In this document: piece by piece, positions 49,321-61,474 of the stretch | Layout of the letters: each line of letters starts with the position of its first letter | How positions within the stretch are numbered: the first letter of the stretch is position 1 | NCBI RefSeq assembly: GCF_009914755.1 | Contig: NC_060944.1 | DNA length: 64,000 nt | Origin: the human T2T-CHM13v2.0 reference genome, Homo sapiens | Reading direction: 5' to 3' (one strand) | Position numbers and translations under genes: made by a program | The notes under the pieces: model-generated | The model's input: only the letters and a program-made list of their open reading frames with translations | The model's database searches: none | Told to the model about the DNA's origin: nothing

Positions 49321-51059
49321 TTGTACTAATTAGCCAAACTGCAACCCACAAAAATGCACCAAGTCTTTATCAACATCCACCTCTGGTTACAGAATGTATC
49401 ATGATGCCTTATTAGCAGCAGCCCAATGGCTCCCTGGAGCACCACTACTTCTGTCAATACATGCTAAAGCAGCACAGAAACATCTACGAAGATAGGGAAC
49501 GTTGGGTAGGAAAGACCAGGACTGCAAATATCTTGCCATCCCAGCCTTGGAAGGGACCTCAAGGCCATGTAGTTCAGCCTGCATCCCCTCAGAGTGAAGC
49601 ATTCTGTGTTCCCCAAAAGGCAGGAGAAACTTTGCCTGTGGTAGTGTGGGTTGCAACCCTTCAAGGATGCTTCTGAGAATCATGTTGTTAAGATAGCTAC
49701 TGAGCAAAAGGCTGGGATTCTCAAAGTCACTTTGAGCACATGTAATAGGAGGCAGAGATGAGGTCATCTCCCTAAAGGTCAGCTGCATCCCCAGATGTGT
49801 TCTTACCTCAGCCCTCACTTGAAGAGAGCCAAAAAAATGGCTCATCCAGGGGAAAGTGTGGGACTTATGCCCACACGTCCATAGCAGACCAAGCACCTGG
49901 CCAGGCCCAGCAGCCAGGAGTGACCCCGCCCCTTGTTCTCTGCCAAACATTGTTCCTTGTACTTGGCCAGTACCCGGGTTTTGCAGCCTCAGACATCTAA
50001 CCACCTTTTCCCAAAGGACCTCACCCACTTTACCTCAACCCCACCCCATCCCATCCCTTGGCCAGACCTGTAATTACTGGACCTGAAAAGCAGCCTCCAG
50101 GATACCACATGGGGGCAGGGCAGCCCCCAGCAAGCAGCCAACTAAGATTTTTCTTTCTACAACATCCCTTCACTGTTCTTTCTCCCTCATCCTCTCATTA
50201 CCTCCTCTCAGGGGGTTGTGCCAGCCAGGGCTACCCCTCACACTTTTGGGGCCAGAACAAAAGTAAAATAATATCCCCTCTCCTGTCCCCTGCCCAGTCT
50301 ATGGCTTGGTTCTTTCTCTTCCTAATCCCTGACTCTGTCCACATGGGACAGCCCACGCAGGTGTACACACACTCCATCTCACAGTTCCAGCCACCCCACT
50401 GCTATGCAATGGCCTCTTGCTGCCCCTTGGGCCTGTATAGGTGCACACCATCCACTTCTAATGGGGACAGAACAAGGAAAGATTCCCCTGCAAGTTCTGA
50501 ATACCAGCTCAGGACCATTTGGGTAGGGAATTCTGTTTCCAGGTGTCCGAAGTGTGGCCAAGAAGGAGGGATGTTGGGTCCACGAAGGGTCATCCACTTG
50601 ACCCTGAAGGATGTTTGCCAGAGAAAGGTCGGAGTTGGGCTCTCTAAAAGGCAGGACCCAGGGCAAAGATCTACCCTGGTAAAGGGTTGGTACTGGCACC
50701 AACTTACTAAAGAGTTTCTGGGCTTCCAGTGTCTTCCTTCTTCCCACTGAAGATATCTATGTTGGATCAAATCAAATCTGTTTATGACACCTATCATGCT
50801 CTAAAATAAACACAGCTTCTCTGCCAAGCCTTCTACAAGAACCAAACATGGCTTTCAAAATCATTTCCTTCCCATACCTGAGCATTCTGTGACTGGTAGA
50901 CAGAATCTTAAAAGAGAAGACCCTGGGAGCAAAGAGACATAAACAGAGTAGCTGCTGTGCCTTCTGAGAATGAGGGGTCATCTGCTATTCCCTCAGGGTA
51001 CTCAGCTCAGCTTTCCTGGTTTTGTTCCATTTTGTGAGAAGAAGTAATTATATACCATA

Positions 51060-51620
51060 TTTAAAATAAGTGCTATTAACATCTATAAGCACAAGAGAAG
51101 TTACGAGTTTGCAATTTTAAATGTGGTAGGCTTAATGAGAAAATGACATTTGAACAAAGACTTGAAGGAGATGAGGTATTTACCTATGTAGATATCTGGA
51201 GGAACCTTCCAGACAGGGGAAACAGCCAGTGCAAAGGCCCTGTGGTAGGTGCTCTTCTGGCTACAGGAAGAGGGGGGATGTCAGTGTACCTGGAACTGAG
51301 CAAGCAATGGGAAGAACAAGGGGAAGAGATAGTAACCAGATTGCACGGAGCAGCACCTCTTAAATTACAGAACTTTCACTCATTAGTGAGTGAGATAGAA
51401 GAGGGGGCTTTGGAAAGTCTTGAAACCAGAAGTTGTCATAGAATGACGGTGGCTATCATTGGTGAGAATAGCTAAGACTAGAAGCAGAAAGACCAGTTAT
51501 AAGGCTATTGCAGCAGTCTAGGCAAGAGATGATGGTGGCACAGGCCAGCAAGGTACCAGTGTGGGTGGAAGGAAATTATACAAATCTGGATATATATTGA
51601 AGAAAGGTTCAATGGGATTT
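51060..51620 (-). mobile_element. L2 LINE, antisense
   Basis: TGACATTTGAACAAAGACTTGAAGG, CCAGACAGGGGAAACAGCCAGTGCAAAGGCCCTG and AGGCTATTGCAGCAGTCTAGGCAAGAGATGATGGTGGC. Confidence 0.85.
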
Positions 51621-51943
51621 CCTGGCTTTCTTCATTTTTGGAATAATGTAGCTACTCTGGCATTAGTCCAAGTCACTAGTAGTCATTGAAGAACAAAGAA
51701 TAACTGGTGGAAACAGCTTCCTCCAGTGAATGTTATTGATAAGGGATCAATGTGAGGCACAGGTCTTAATCTCTTGTTCCACCTCCAATCCTGGCGATCT
51801 TTCCCTCTCATGACTCATGCTCAAAATTTGTCCAGTTCCTCTCTATACGTCTCATTCATAAATGATGTTGGTCACCACCTTCTCATTCAGCCACTGTCAA
51901 TACTTCTGAAACCAATTGGAATGTAAGTAAATACATGCATTCC

Positions 51944-51996
51944 TAGGTAGGTAGGTAGGTAGGTAGGTAGGTAGGTAGGTAGATAGATAGGTAGAT
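51944..51996. repeat. (TAGG)9 plus TAGA compound STR
   Basis: Direct reading. Confidence 0.95.
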
Positions 51997-54078
51997 GCAT
52001 AGATTCCCAAGCAACCAAAAATATAGATACAATGGTCTCTGCATTTGATTATGTGCTTGCTTGTTTGAAAGTGTAATATCAATCAATGCATCACGAATTG
52101 AGCCAAAGGTTTAGTGTTGGTGTTACTTAGTAGCGACAGCAAGCAATTTGCTCAAATCTCTTGGGCTTCTGTTTTTCCCTTGAAAAATGAAGTGAGTGGG
52201 AACGGTGCCCCTTAAGTACCAGTTAAGTTTACAATACACATCACGTTTTCTGCTTCCACCATGCCCCTGCACCTTTATTTTCTTTCATCTTTCCAGTGAT
52301 CCCCCCTAATTAGGAGCTCTGCTTATAAATGGTATCTTTTGTCTCTTTCAGTTACTTTCTTCCTCCCTGGTTTAATGAGCTTTCTCCACAGTGTGCCTTT
52401 TTCTCCCAGTAGATGGCAGTATTCAGTTTTGTTTCCTGATGCTACTTTGCCCTGTTGGAAGGCCTGGGCCAGCTGCCCTTTCTGCAAAGCCTATGTCCTT
52501 TTAGCACTAGAGGTGATCACAGAAGAGGAAATTAAGGGAGGAACTGATGAGTGTTGAAAGGCTCCCATGAAAACCGTGGCGATGCCAAGTAGCCTCCTCC
52601 TGTTTTCAAGCAGGTTTATTTTATTTAACTTTCGGGTTAGTGATAAAAACAACGGTCTTCCACATGTCAAAGTGTTGTCCCAACTCATCTGATCTTTCTA
52701 CTCTGTGACGCAGTTAGTACAGATTTCATTGACCTCAGGTCTTGATCCCAGGAGTTATAATGGGATGGCTGCTGTTGTTGAGGATATTCAGGGTTAGAAG
52801 CAGGAAGACCAGTTAGGAGGCTGTGGCAGTGGTCCAGGCAAGAGACCGTGGAGCTACCAGCCGGGAGCACTGCAGGTGGGGGATGTGGTGTGGAGACGGA
52901 TGGTAGTGGAACAAGCTCTGAGCTTGCTACCTGGAGAACCAGAGTCTCCTCTGGCACTGTTATTTCACTAATCTTGGCAACACTCTCAATTTCTCTGGGC
53001 CTCTGAAGACACCCCCTGTTCTAGGATTCTGTGGAATCATGAAGGAAATCAATCCACATGTAGCTTGCAAGTCACCTGACAAGGGACACATCACTCACCG
53101 GTTAATGGTGCATTGAGAGCCAGAAGCCATATCTTTAGTAGGGGCTTCACCTTACCACTAACTGAAGATGGTGTGAAAACATCCATTTCCGCAGTCCAGT
53201 TTCTTGTCTTTCCAGAAGAAATCTCATCTAGGAAAACAATATGTGTAACAAATCAAAGCAAACTGCTCCGGTTGAAAGGGGATAGAATCCTGCACCTCCT
53301 GGCCCCCACCTTCCCACTGACTGCAAGTAGCAAGTAAAGACCTCCAACAGAGAGGAGCAAAACCCCTGCCAATGTGACTTCAAATCTTCAAGTGCTGTGC
53401 CTTGACCTATGTTAATCAAGGAATTCTGGGATCACTAATATCAGTTTTTTCTTGAACTCCTCGGGAAAATTTTGCAGGGAGGAGAATAATATAATAAGAG
53501 TATGGAGGAATTTTTGTGTTTGGGAGTGGGATATATTGGGGCAGATGGTGTCACACAATAACTTTAAAACATTTTATGGTTCTTAATTGCCTATAAGATC
53601 AAATTTAGACTTGTTAGCATAGATAAAGGAGTTTCATAATCTGCCCCCATTCCCCCCCTCCAATCCTGGAGGGGATACTATCCTTCTGGTATATCTTTGA
53701 AGATGCCACGCACCTTGACACTCCTACTCATTCCAGAAAACACAACTCCAAAACCTTCCTTAAGCAATAGCCCTGACAAGCATTCATAGCGTTTTGTATA
53801 TACAATTCTTTTACAGTCTGTATCACAGTGTTTGTTTTCCCGCCAGCTTCCCTCTTTGTTTGTTACTTGCTTGAGAATAGGGACCATGTCTTATACATTC
53901 TAAACATCAAGCATGATCCAAGAGAAGGTCTTACTGTGCAAAATCAATGAATAACAGGAGGTTTTGGGGGTCATGTTGTAGTGTTAGGATGTGGGAAAAT
54001 ATCATAAGCTAAGGGATGACTTAGAAATGTATTACAGATAATTTAGTCAAATACAGCCACTATGGCCTTACAAAGAAA

Positions 54079-54104
54079 TGTGTGTGTGTGTGTTCGTGTG
54101 TGTG

Positions 54105-54162
<58 letters not shown>
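54079..54162. repeat. (TG)n-(TA)19 compound dinucleotide repeat
   Basis: Interrupted TG run, then uninterrupted TA from 54125 to 54162. Confidence 0.97.
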
Positions 54163-54163
<1 letters not shown>

Positions 54164-54929
54164 TTGCAATTAATCAAATTGTTTAATGTCTGCCTGCTTA
54201 GTAACAAAGAGATTACATAGTTTGTTGTTATTATTGCTTGTAAATGACCTTGCAGAGTTTCTTTACAATCCATTGGGCAAATAGGACTTCAGTAGGAAGG
54301 AAATTAATACGCATGAATTCAGCATGCACAATAATTCAACCAATATTGTTTGATGTTAGCATCCTTTTGAAAAGAAAAGGTAAAACCAATTAATTGTGAA
54401 AACAGAGTTGTATTAGAAATTCTGATCTATTTTTTAAAATGATCTACTTTATTGCACACAAATAGCATGTTTATATGCAAATAATAATAAATAAGCCTTA
54501 TTTACATGTACATATTTGATTACTCATTTGTCCATTTAAAATAATGCAATATTTTATATTGAAACTTTTTATTTCTCCAATTGCAGTAAACAAGTTCCTC
54601 TTACAGGTTACTCTTATGATCAAGGATAATATAGAGGAAATGAGTTATTGGCTAATGCTAGCCAGGCATTAAAGACCACTACAAGTGTTGTATTTTCTCT
54701 TTTTCATTTTTCTGGAGATCCATGTTCATTAATGTATTTTTTTATTCCTTAGAAATATTTTTCGTTTAGCTTTTTAAAGCAACTGTGTCAAACTCCAAAA
54801 TATTCCCTGTATTAAAAAATATTATATCAATTTAATCCTAAGTATAATTTTCTTAGGGAAGTAATTTAAAAACTTTTCTACAGTCTTAAAATGTGGTGAT
54901 ATTCTATTATGAAATGGAAGGACAATGGG

Positions 54930-55124
54930 GATTCAGGGCACAGATTGTAGGATCTTGATTGGGTTCAAATTCCAGCCCTACTACTTAGAAGCTGTGTGAC
55001 TCAGAGCAAGTCACTTTGCCATTCTCTGTCTCATTTTCCTCATTTGCCAAATAGTGGAAATCAATGTACCAGTCTCTCAGGGCTGTTGTGATCATTAAAT
55101 GAGTTGAGATGTTTAAAGTGCTTA
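54930..55124 (+). mobile_element. MIR SINE
   Basis: GGGTTCAAATTCCAGCCCTACTACTTAGAAGCTGTGTGAC...CATTAAATGAG...AAAGTGCTTAG. Confidence 0.85.
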
Positions 55125-55330
55125 GCTAGAAAAGGTGAGGATACATTCTCCTCCAGAGCCTCAAAAAGGAACCAGTCCTGCTGACACCTTGACTTTGACC
55201 CAGCGAAACTGATTTTGGGATTCTGTTCTGCAGAACTGTAAGAGAATAAGTTTGTGTGGTTTTAAGGCACTAAATTTGTGATAATTTGTTACAGCAGCCA
55301 TGGTAATCTAATATAGAATTTGGTAACAGA
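55125..55330 (+). mobile_element. MLT1D-like LTR 3' half plus start of internal sequence
   Basis: CCTGCTGACACCTTGA...CAGAACTGTAAGAGAATAA...AATTTGTTACAGCAGC...TAATATA|GAATTTGGTA. Confidence 0.8.
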
Positions 55331-55729
55331 TTTCCAATATTATCATAAAAATCAATAGAAAAATAAAACTCTGCTTATATAAATTGAACTTGAAATGCAT
55401 TATTAATAAATCCTATTTGTTTCTAGCAGGTAAAAATTAACTTTTTAAAAATGTGGTAATGTGTATTTTGAAATTGACTTTCTTTACATTGAAGACATAG
55501 GCATAGGAGTTCCATATGTTCTGATTGCAATAGAATATGCCATATGGAAGATGATTAAGTCTTCTTGTTTAATTAAAAATAAGAGAAAGTCTTTAAATCC
55601 TCTTATCACTACAGGATTTCATCTGATGCCTCTGGAAAACTAAATGGCCCTTTACTTTTTTGTGTTAAGCAGTCTGTTTTCTGGTCACTTTTATTTTCTA
55701 CTGAGAAGAATTTATCACCTTAGAAAATG

Positions 55730-55878
55730 AAACAGAAAGGAAGGATGGAAAGAAGGAATGAAGTAGATAAAAAGAAAGAGCTGTAAGAAGGAAGGGAAGG
55801 AAGGAAGGAAGGAGAAAGGGAAAGGGGAAAGGAAAGGAAGAAGGAAGGAAGGAAGGAAGGAAGGAAAGAAGGAAGGGA
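55730..55878. repeat. GGAA-rich polypurine microsatellite
   Basis: Purine-only from 55785 to 55878; (GGAA)4 at 55795-55810 and (GGAA)6 at 55843-55866. Confidence 0.95.
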
Positions 55879-56633
55879 CAAGGCCGGTTTATGAGTAAGA
55901 ACAAACATTACAGCCAATACCAACAATTTACAACTCTACCCCAAAATACATGCAGATTTATAATCTTCTTCCACTAAATCTACAGATGTTTGAAACACTA
56001 CAAAGGATATAAAACATTAAAAAAACCCCAACATCCTCAAAGCATATGTACACACATGCCCATAACCACTGCTACCATTAAATAATGTTTCAAAAACTAC
56101 CGCAGGGGGCATGTGGAATTTATAACCTCTCCCTTTTAAGTAAGTCCCCTTCTTCATATTTTCTGTTACCTGTACGTAAATTTGGTTCATGATCTGTGTG
56201 TAAAGTAGAATTGATTGTTTTATAAGACATACAAAAATAACCTTTCTGGTCCTAAGTATATATAAAGTCTCAAACACATATAAAGGTACTTCAAACTACC
56301 AGCAAATAGTTTTTGGTAATGATTTTAATAATATTGTTCAGCTGGCAATACTTATAACTAGGTCATTCACATTTTAATATTCTCACCTTTGTTGCCTGTG
56401 TAAATCACCCTCAGAGTATTTGACTGAAGTTGGTACCAACAATCTGGTTGGTGCTTGACATGTCTACTTGGGATAAGGTTCTTGAGATATTTTTCTCAGC
56501 TCATAAGCCCCATCAGTTATCTTTGCAAAGTAAAGCATTATTTACAAGGATCAGAAAGTACTACGTATAAATCAACACAGATGTTAAAAACATAACTTTA
56601 GATTCATATCCCAGTTCTAGGCAAGTTGAAGAG

Positions 56634-56802
56634 TTTTCTTTTTTTCTTTTCTTTTGAGACAGGATCTCACTGTTGCCTGGGCTGGAGTGTACTAGTATGA
56701 TCATGGATCATTGCAGCCTCCACCTCCTGGGCTCAGGTGATCCTCCCATCTAAGCCTCCCAAGTAGCTGGGATTACAGGCATAGGCCACCATGCTTGGCT
56801 AA
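56634..56802 (-). mobile_element. Alu monomer (FRAM / AluJ right arm)
   Basis: T-tail, then GAGACAGGATCTCAC...CTCCTGGGCTCAGGTGATCCTCCC...CCACCATGCTTGGCTAA; single arm only. Confidence 0.9.
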
Positions 56803-57554
56803 GAACTCTTTTTGAGTCCAATTTTACTAGTTATAAAATTGAGGGGAAATGGCTGTTTATAAAAAACTAATGAAGATTCAATGAGCTCATGTACCTATGA
56901 TCAGTTTTCAATAAAGGGCATAATCTCCACTGCGGAGTAAACCAACCCCCAGCAGCAGTGACACTCAATGCACGAAACAGAATGATCCAGACAGTGCTGC
57001 ATTCCTTCTTTGTGGAAAAAAATAGGTGGTTAAGATGGGGGAAAATGTTGCTATCTATAGATAAAATTTCCACATAGATACAGATGCAAAATGGAATAAA
57101 ACTATTTCTTATGAAGGAACTGCAAGCTAATTATTATACAGTATTCATTGACTCTTTGATATGCATATTCATCATCTCAGAATGCATCAGTGAAAGTTTT
57201 CATGGTAGCTAAAAGTAGCCACAATAGAAAGGCTGACTATATTGCACAGAAGTTGTCCCTTTGTTTAAGCCCCCAACTCATACCTCTGTGCTGACCAAGC
57301 TGGTCTTCTGTTACGAGAACATTTTATGCTCAATTCTGAGTGTGTATTCACTTTGACTGCTCTCTGTTTTAGCAGGTCCTTGTTCTCTCTCCACTTACAA
57401 AATTCTTTCCTATTCCTCATGAGTCCACCTCCTACCCCCAGCTCTTACAGGGAACCTCCCATTATTGCCTTGCCTGTTGATAGTCCCTTTCTCTGAACTG
57501 CCGCCCAGTCTGGCATTTGATCAGATTTTGAATGATGTAGATATGAGCCTTTCA

Positions 57555-57730
57555 TAGACCCACTGAACTGGAAGAGGCATTAGAAAGCATCTAGTCCAAC
57601 CCTCTAATTTTATAGATAAAGAAACTGTACTCCACAGAGTGCGGGCATCCTGCCAAAGATCACTCAGAGAGTGAGTAGGATCCTGGCTTCTTGACTTCTC
57701 ATCTACAACTCTTCCCACTTCACCACTCAG
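57555..57730 (-). mobile_element. MIR SINE, antisense
   Basis: CATCTAGTCCAACCCTCTAATTTTATAGATAAAGAAACTG...GCCAAAGATCAC. Confidence 0.75.
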
Positions 57731-58164
57731 ATATTGTGTTGGTGCCAATGTCTCATACTTTTTGCCCCTCTCTCCTCTTGGTTGTAAAATCCTGTTTCTA
57801 ATATTTTGATCTTGTCCCTTTTATTAGAGAGTACAGTTAAAAAAAAAGAAAAGAAACGGTTTCTTGATTATTTCCACATAAATGTGTGTCACACTCACCT
57901 TAATATAGGAGTTAATTCCTGGTCTTCCTCAATTTGCTGGTAGTTAGGGAAAATGTAGAGAATAGGGTGTCAAACTCCACTGTTTCCAAAATTGTGAATT
58001 TTTCATTTTCCCTCCTCACATATTTTACAAATATATGCCTACTTTTACAAGCTGTATACATTGCTGATAAAGTATGCATGAGGAATATACCTATAATTCT
58101 CATGCAATATGCATAAATGCCCTAAGGTTTCATTAAGCATTTGCATGTTTAAAATAATCGCCAC

Positions 58165-58550
58165 CTCAATTTGAGGGATATTCTAATAAAAACTGACCTT
58201 AACTTAAAAAAAAGTAAATGTCATAAAAGACAAAACCAAAACAAAATAAATTTTAAAAACCATGTTTCAGATTAAAGGATTATCAAAGGAGATAATAAAT
58301 GCAGTGATGCTGGATTGGGAACTAGAGCAGAGAAAATAAAATATCTGTGAGAGACATTATTTGAACAACTGGCAAAATTTGATTATGAACTGTGAATTTA
58401 GATAATAGTATGGTATTAGTGTTAAACTTCTGAGTTTTATTAATTGCACTGTGGTTTAGTAAGGGAATAAGATGATGTTCTTTTTCTTAGGAGATCTATG
58501 ATGAAGTATTTTAAGGTAAAGGAACATCATATCTACAACCTACTCCCAGT
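58165..58550 (+). mobile_element. L1ME 3' fragment
   Basis: TTTCAGATTAAAGGA, ACAACTGGCAAAATTTGA, TAATTGCACTGTGGTT and ATGAAGTATTT motifs. Confidence 0.65.
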
Positions 58551-59528
58551 AGTATAGTATAGCATAGTATAGTATAGTTAGGTAAACAAGAGGCGAGAGA
58601 TATTACATATGATAATACAAGTAGGTCAAGATAAAGAGTTTTTGAAAACTTAAAATTTCTGCTAATCTATATTCAATGTGTTCTGCTCCTTTATAGTCTC
58701 AGTATGGTTTCAGGAAGCTCTCAAAGCTGTGAGCTTCATCATTCAGGTCTAGCACAACAGAGGAAGCATACCTGTGCTTCGCACCGATTGGCTTGAACTA
58801 GTCACAGGACTAAACTTGAACCAATCACAATGGGCAAGAAAGTGATTTAGCTGATTGGATTAGCTTAAATCATGTGCTCTAATCTTAGAGCTCTGCATGA
58901 AGGTTTCATTCCTTGGAACCCCCTAGATACTCGCCCACAAAAAAGAGTAGAGGAAGGACTAGACTGGGTTTTAACTTCTGGTTAAGATGTTAATAATTAG
59001 CGTTAGATACTTTATATATGAAGAAACTAGGGTCCAAATTACTTTTGATAATATGCCAATATTATGCAATAAATGGCAGAACTAAGGGTAGAATTTGGGA
59101 CTTCTGATTCCCATGCCAAGTGCCAGTTCTACCATTGGGTTAGACCAATGGGTCCCAAGTCTGGCTATTCAGAATTATCTAGAGGTCATTTAAAAATACA
59201 AATCATCTGGTGCACTTTCAGATTTGTTGATTTAATATAAATCTAGACTCAGACCTAGGAATCTGTAGTTTAAGTAGCTTCCTGGATATGTTGATGCACA
59301 CTCAGGAATAGTCTAGATAGTACAAAATAGTGCAAAATAAATTTCAAAATCAGACTTTTCCTGAAAATATGAACAAAAGTTTTGAAAGATTCTTAAAGCA
59401 AATACAGTAGAGCTTTGGATTATCAGGTTTTTTCATTGTGTCTCCAAGCAAAGTTTTATAAATGCTAACTTTCCAAAAACTTAGGCAAGTTTATTTCAGT
59501 AATAATGTTTATGAGTTTATGAGCAATC

Positions 59529-59869
59529 TGATATGATTTGGCTCAGTGTCCCCACTCAAATCTCATCTTGAATTATACTCCCATAATTCCCATGTGTTGT
59601 TGGAGGAACCTGATGGGAGATAATTTGAATCATGGGGGTGGTTTTTCCCACACTGTTCTTGTGGTAGTGAATAAGTCTCACAAGATCTGATGGTTTTATC
59701 AGGAGTTTCCGCTTTTGCATCTGCCTCATTTTCCCTTGCCGCCACCATGTAAGAAGTGCCATGATTTTGAGGCCTCCCCAGCCATGTGGAACTGTAAGTC
59801 CAATTAAACCTCTTTTTCCTCCTACTCTCAGGCATGTCTTTTTCAGCAGCACGAAAATGGACTAATACA
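59529..59869 (+). mobile_element. THE1A solo LTR (second copy)
   Basis: TGATATGATTTGGCT...ATAATTTGAATCATGGGG...GGACTAATACA; degenerate TSD CAATC/TAGTC. Confidence 0.95.
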
Positions 59870-60904
59870 TAGTCCTTTTGCTTATTCCAAACAAAGTTGT
59901 AGTATGAATTAGAAACATTGATAATATGCTCTTAATTGAGAATACGCCTACAGGGCCACAAACTCAGACATGAAATGTCTGAGTTACTCCATTAATGTCC
60001 ATCACCTGAGGCTCTGTGACCACAGCCCAGTAGTGCTCTTATCAGATGCTGCCTGGTAATGAGAGTATTTCTGACCTAGTACAAAGAAAGAGCATATAAA
60101 CATTCAGGGCTCCCACCTCTGAACAGTGCACAGGGAATTTTCACAGGAAACTCCCATGCCTATAAATTCGGTTAACATGTAAAAACCCCACTGTATTAAT
60201 GGGAGACAGTCAGTAGAATGGAATGCTGATTGACTGGCATATGTGGGACAAAAATTCTGCTCCAAATATAAGCACCTGTAGATGCCCTTCCCCTCTCTCC
60301 CCTGCCTTATCTCACTTGACAAAAACTGTTTAGATGAGATGTATTTCCCAGGGCTTATGAATCAGTTGCAGTTAATGGCTCCAGGACAATTGGTGACTTT
60401 TATCTTCAGGAAATCCCAGTACTTAGAAAATGACCGTCAGCCGTGACTATCATGCCAAACAACTTTTCTCCCTCTATTTATACCAGGTGATTGAACAAAA
60501 AAAGGTAAGGGGTGTGGGGGAGGGCATAGGCTGGAGCTCTTGCCCTGGTCTGCACTATTGAGTCATCACCATAACATGCCAAATTACTCAAATAAGTCTG
60601 GTCATGTTCACATTCAGCAGTAAGAAGGATACTCTGTATGACTCGCACGAGGACATGAAATGCCAGCGGGATCCATATAATCAACGTCTTGGCTTGTGCC
60701 AAGAAGGGTGGGTGGAGTCGTGTGCCACATGCAAGGAATTCCTAAATGTTTACTCTAATTTGCTGCCTAGTTATATTTGACTTCTGTGGGTTGGCACAGC
60801 AACCATTCTATATAATTCTGGCTCTTCTGATTGTTAGAGGAAGAGTCTGGGGCTCTTAAGCTAAAGTTTAAAAAACAGTTGTTTGGAGTCATCGTTCCTT
60901 CTCC

Positions 60905-61152
60905 GTTAGAGTAATTGTTGAGCATAGTGTTGTGGTTACTCCCCAGGTTCCAGAGAAAGATGGGTTTAGATTTCAGTTCTGGTTCTTACTCCGGAAATGT
61001 GCCTGACTTCTCCATGTTTCTGCTTCCTTTCTTATTTCCATAATGGGGATAATAACAGTGCCTGCTTCATGAGGATATTGGGAAGACTAAGTTAATGTGC
61101 GTTGAGTACTTAGCATGAAACCTGGCATATAGTAAGCACTCAATAAATGTGA
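60905..61152 (+). mobile_element. MIR SINE
   Basis: ATAATGGGGATAATAACAGTGCCTGCTTCAT...CCTGGCATATAGTAAGCACTCAATAAATG. Confidence 0.8.
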
Positions 61153-61474
61153 TTGGGTTAGAAGCAGGTATAATGTATTATTTTGGGTTGGGTATGTGTG
61201 GATCTTTCTGGATGGTCTGTTTTTTCAAACCCTCATGTAGAAGTTACCTTCTCTACCCAATAGTCAACAGAAGCCAAGACTCATGAGGTTCATTTTATGC
61301 TGTGAACCCATGAAATTGTATGACGTTAAGGGTTGCTCTGGCCCTGTTCAGAAGCTTCGCCGATGGCAAAATACCTTTAACAATATGATACTGTATCCTG
61401 AAATAAAGACCTGCAAAATACGATTTGACTTCTGTGCTCTGTGAAACCATGCTCAGTGCTTTCTCTCTCCTAGA

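Noticed and set aside
50058-50750. 230-aa plus-strand ORF (and overlapping minus-strand ORFs, plus the 209-aa ORF at 49399-50028)
   Set aside because: The 230-aa ORF has a non-ATG (TTG) start, there is no recognisable domain, and many overlapping ORFs lie on both strands as expected in a locally GC-rich block. Part of it probably derives from ancient repeats (MIR3/L3/hAT-Tip100-like), which I cannot assign confidently.
56095-56115. CTCF-like ACCGCAGGGGGCA
   Set aside because: Mismatches at key 5' core positions; cannot be supported without ChIP data.
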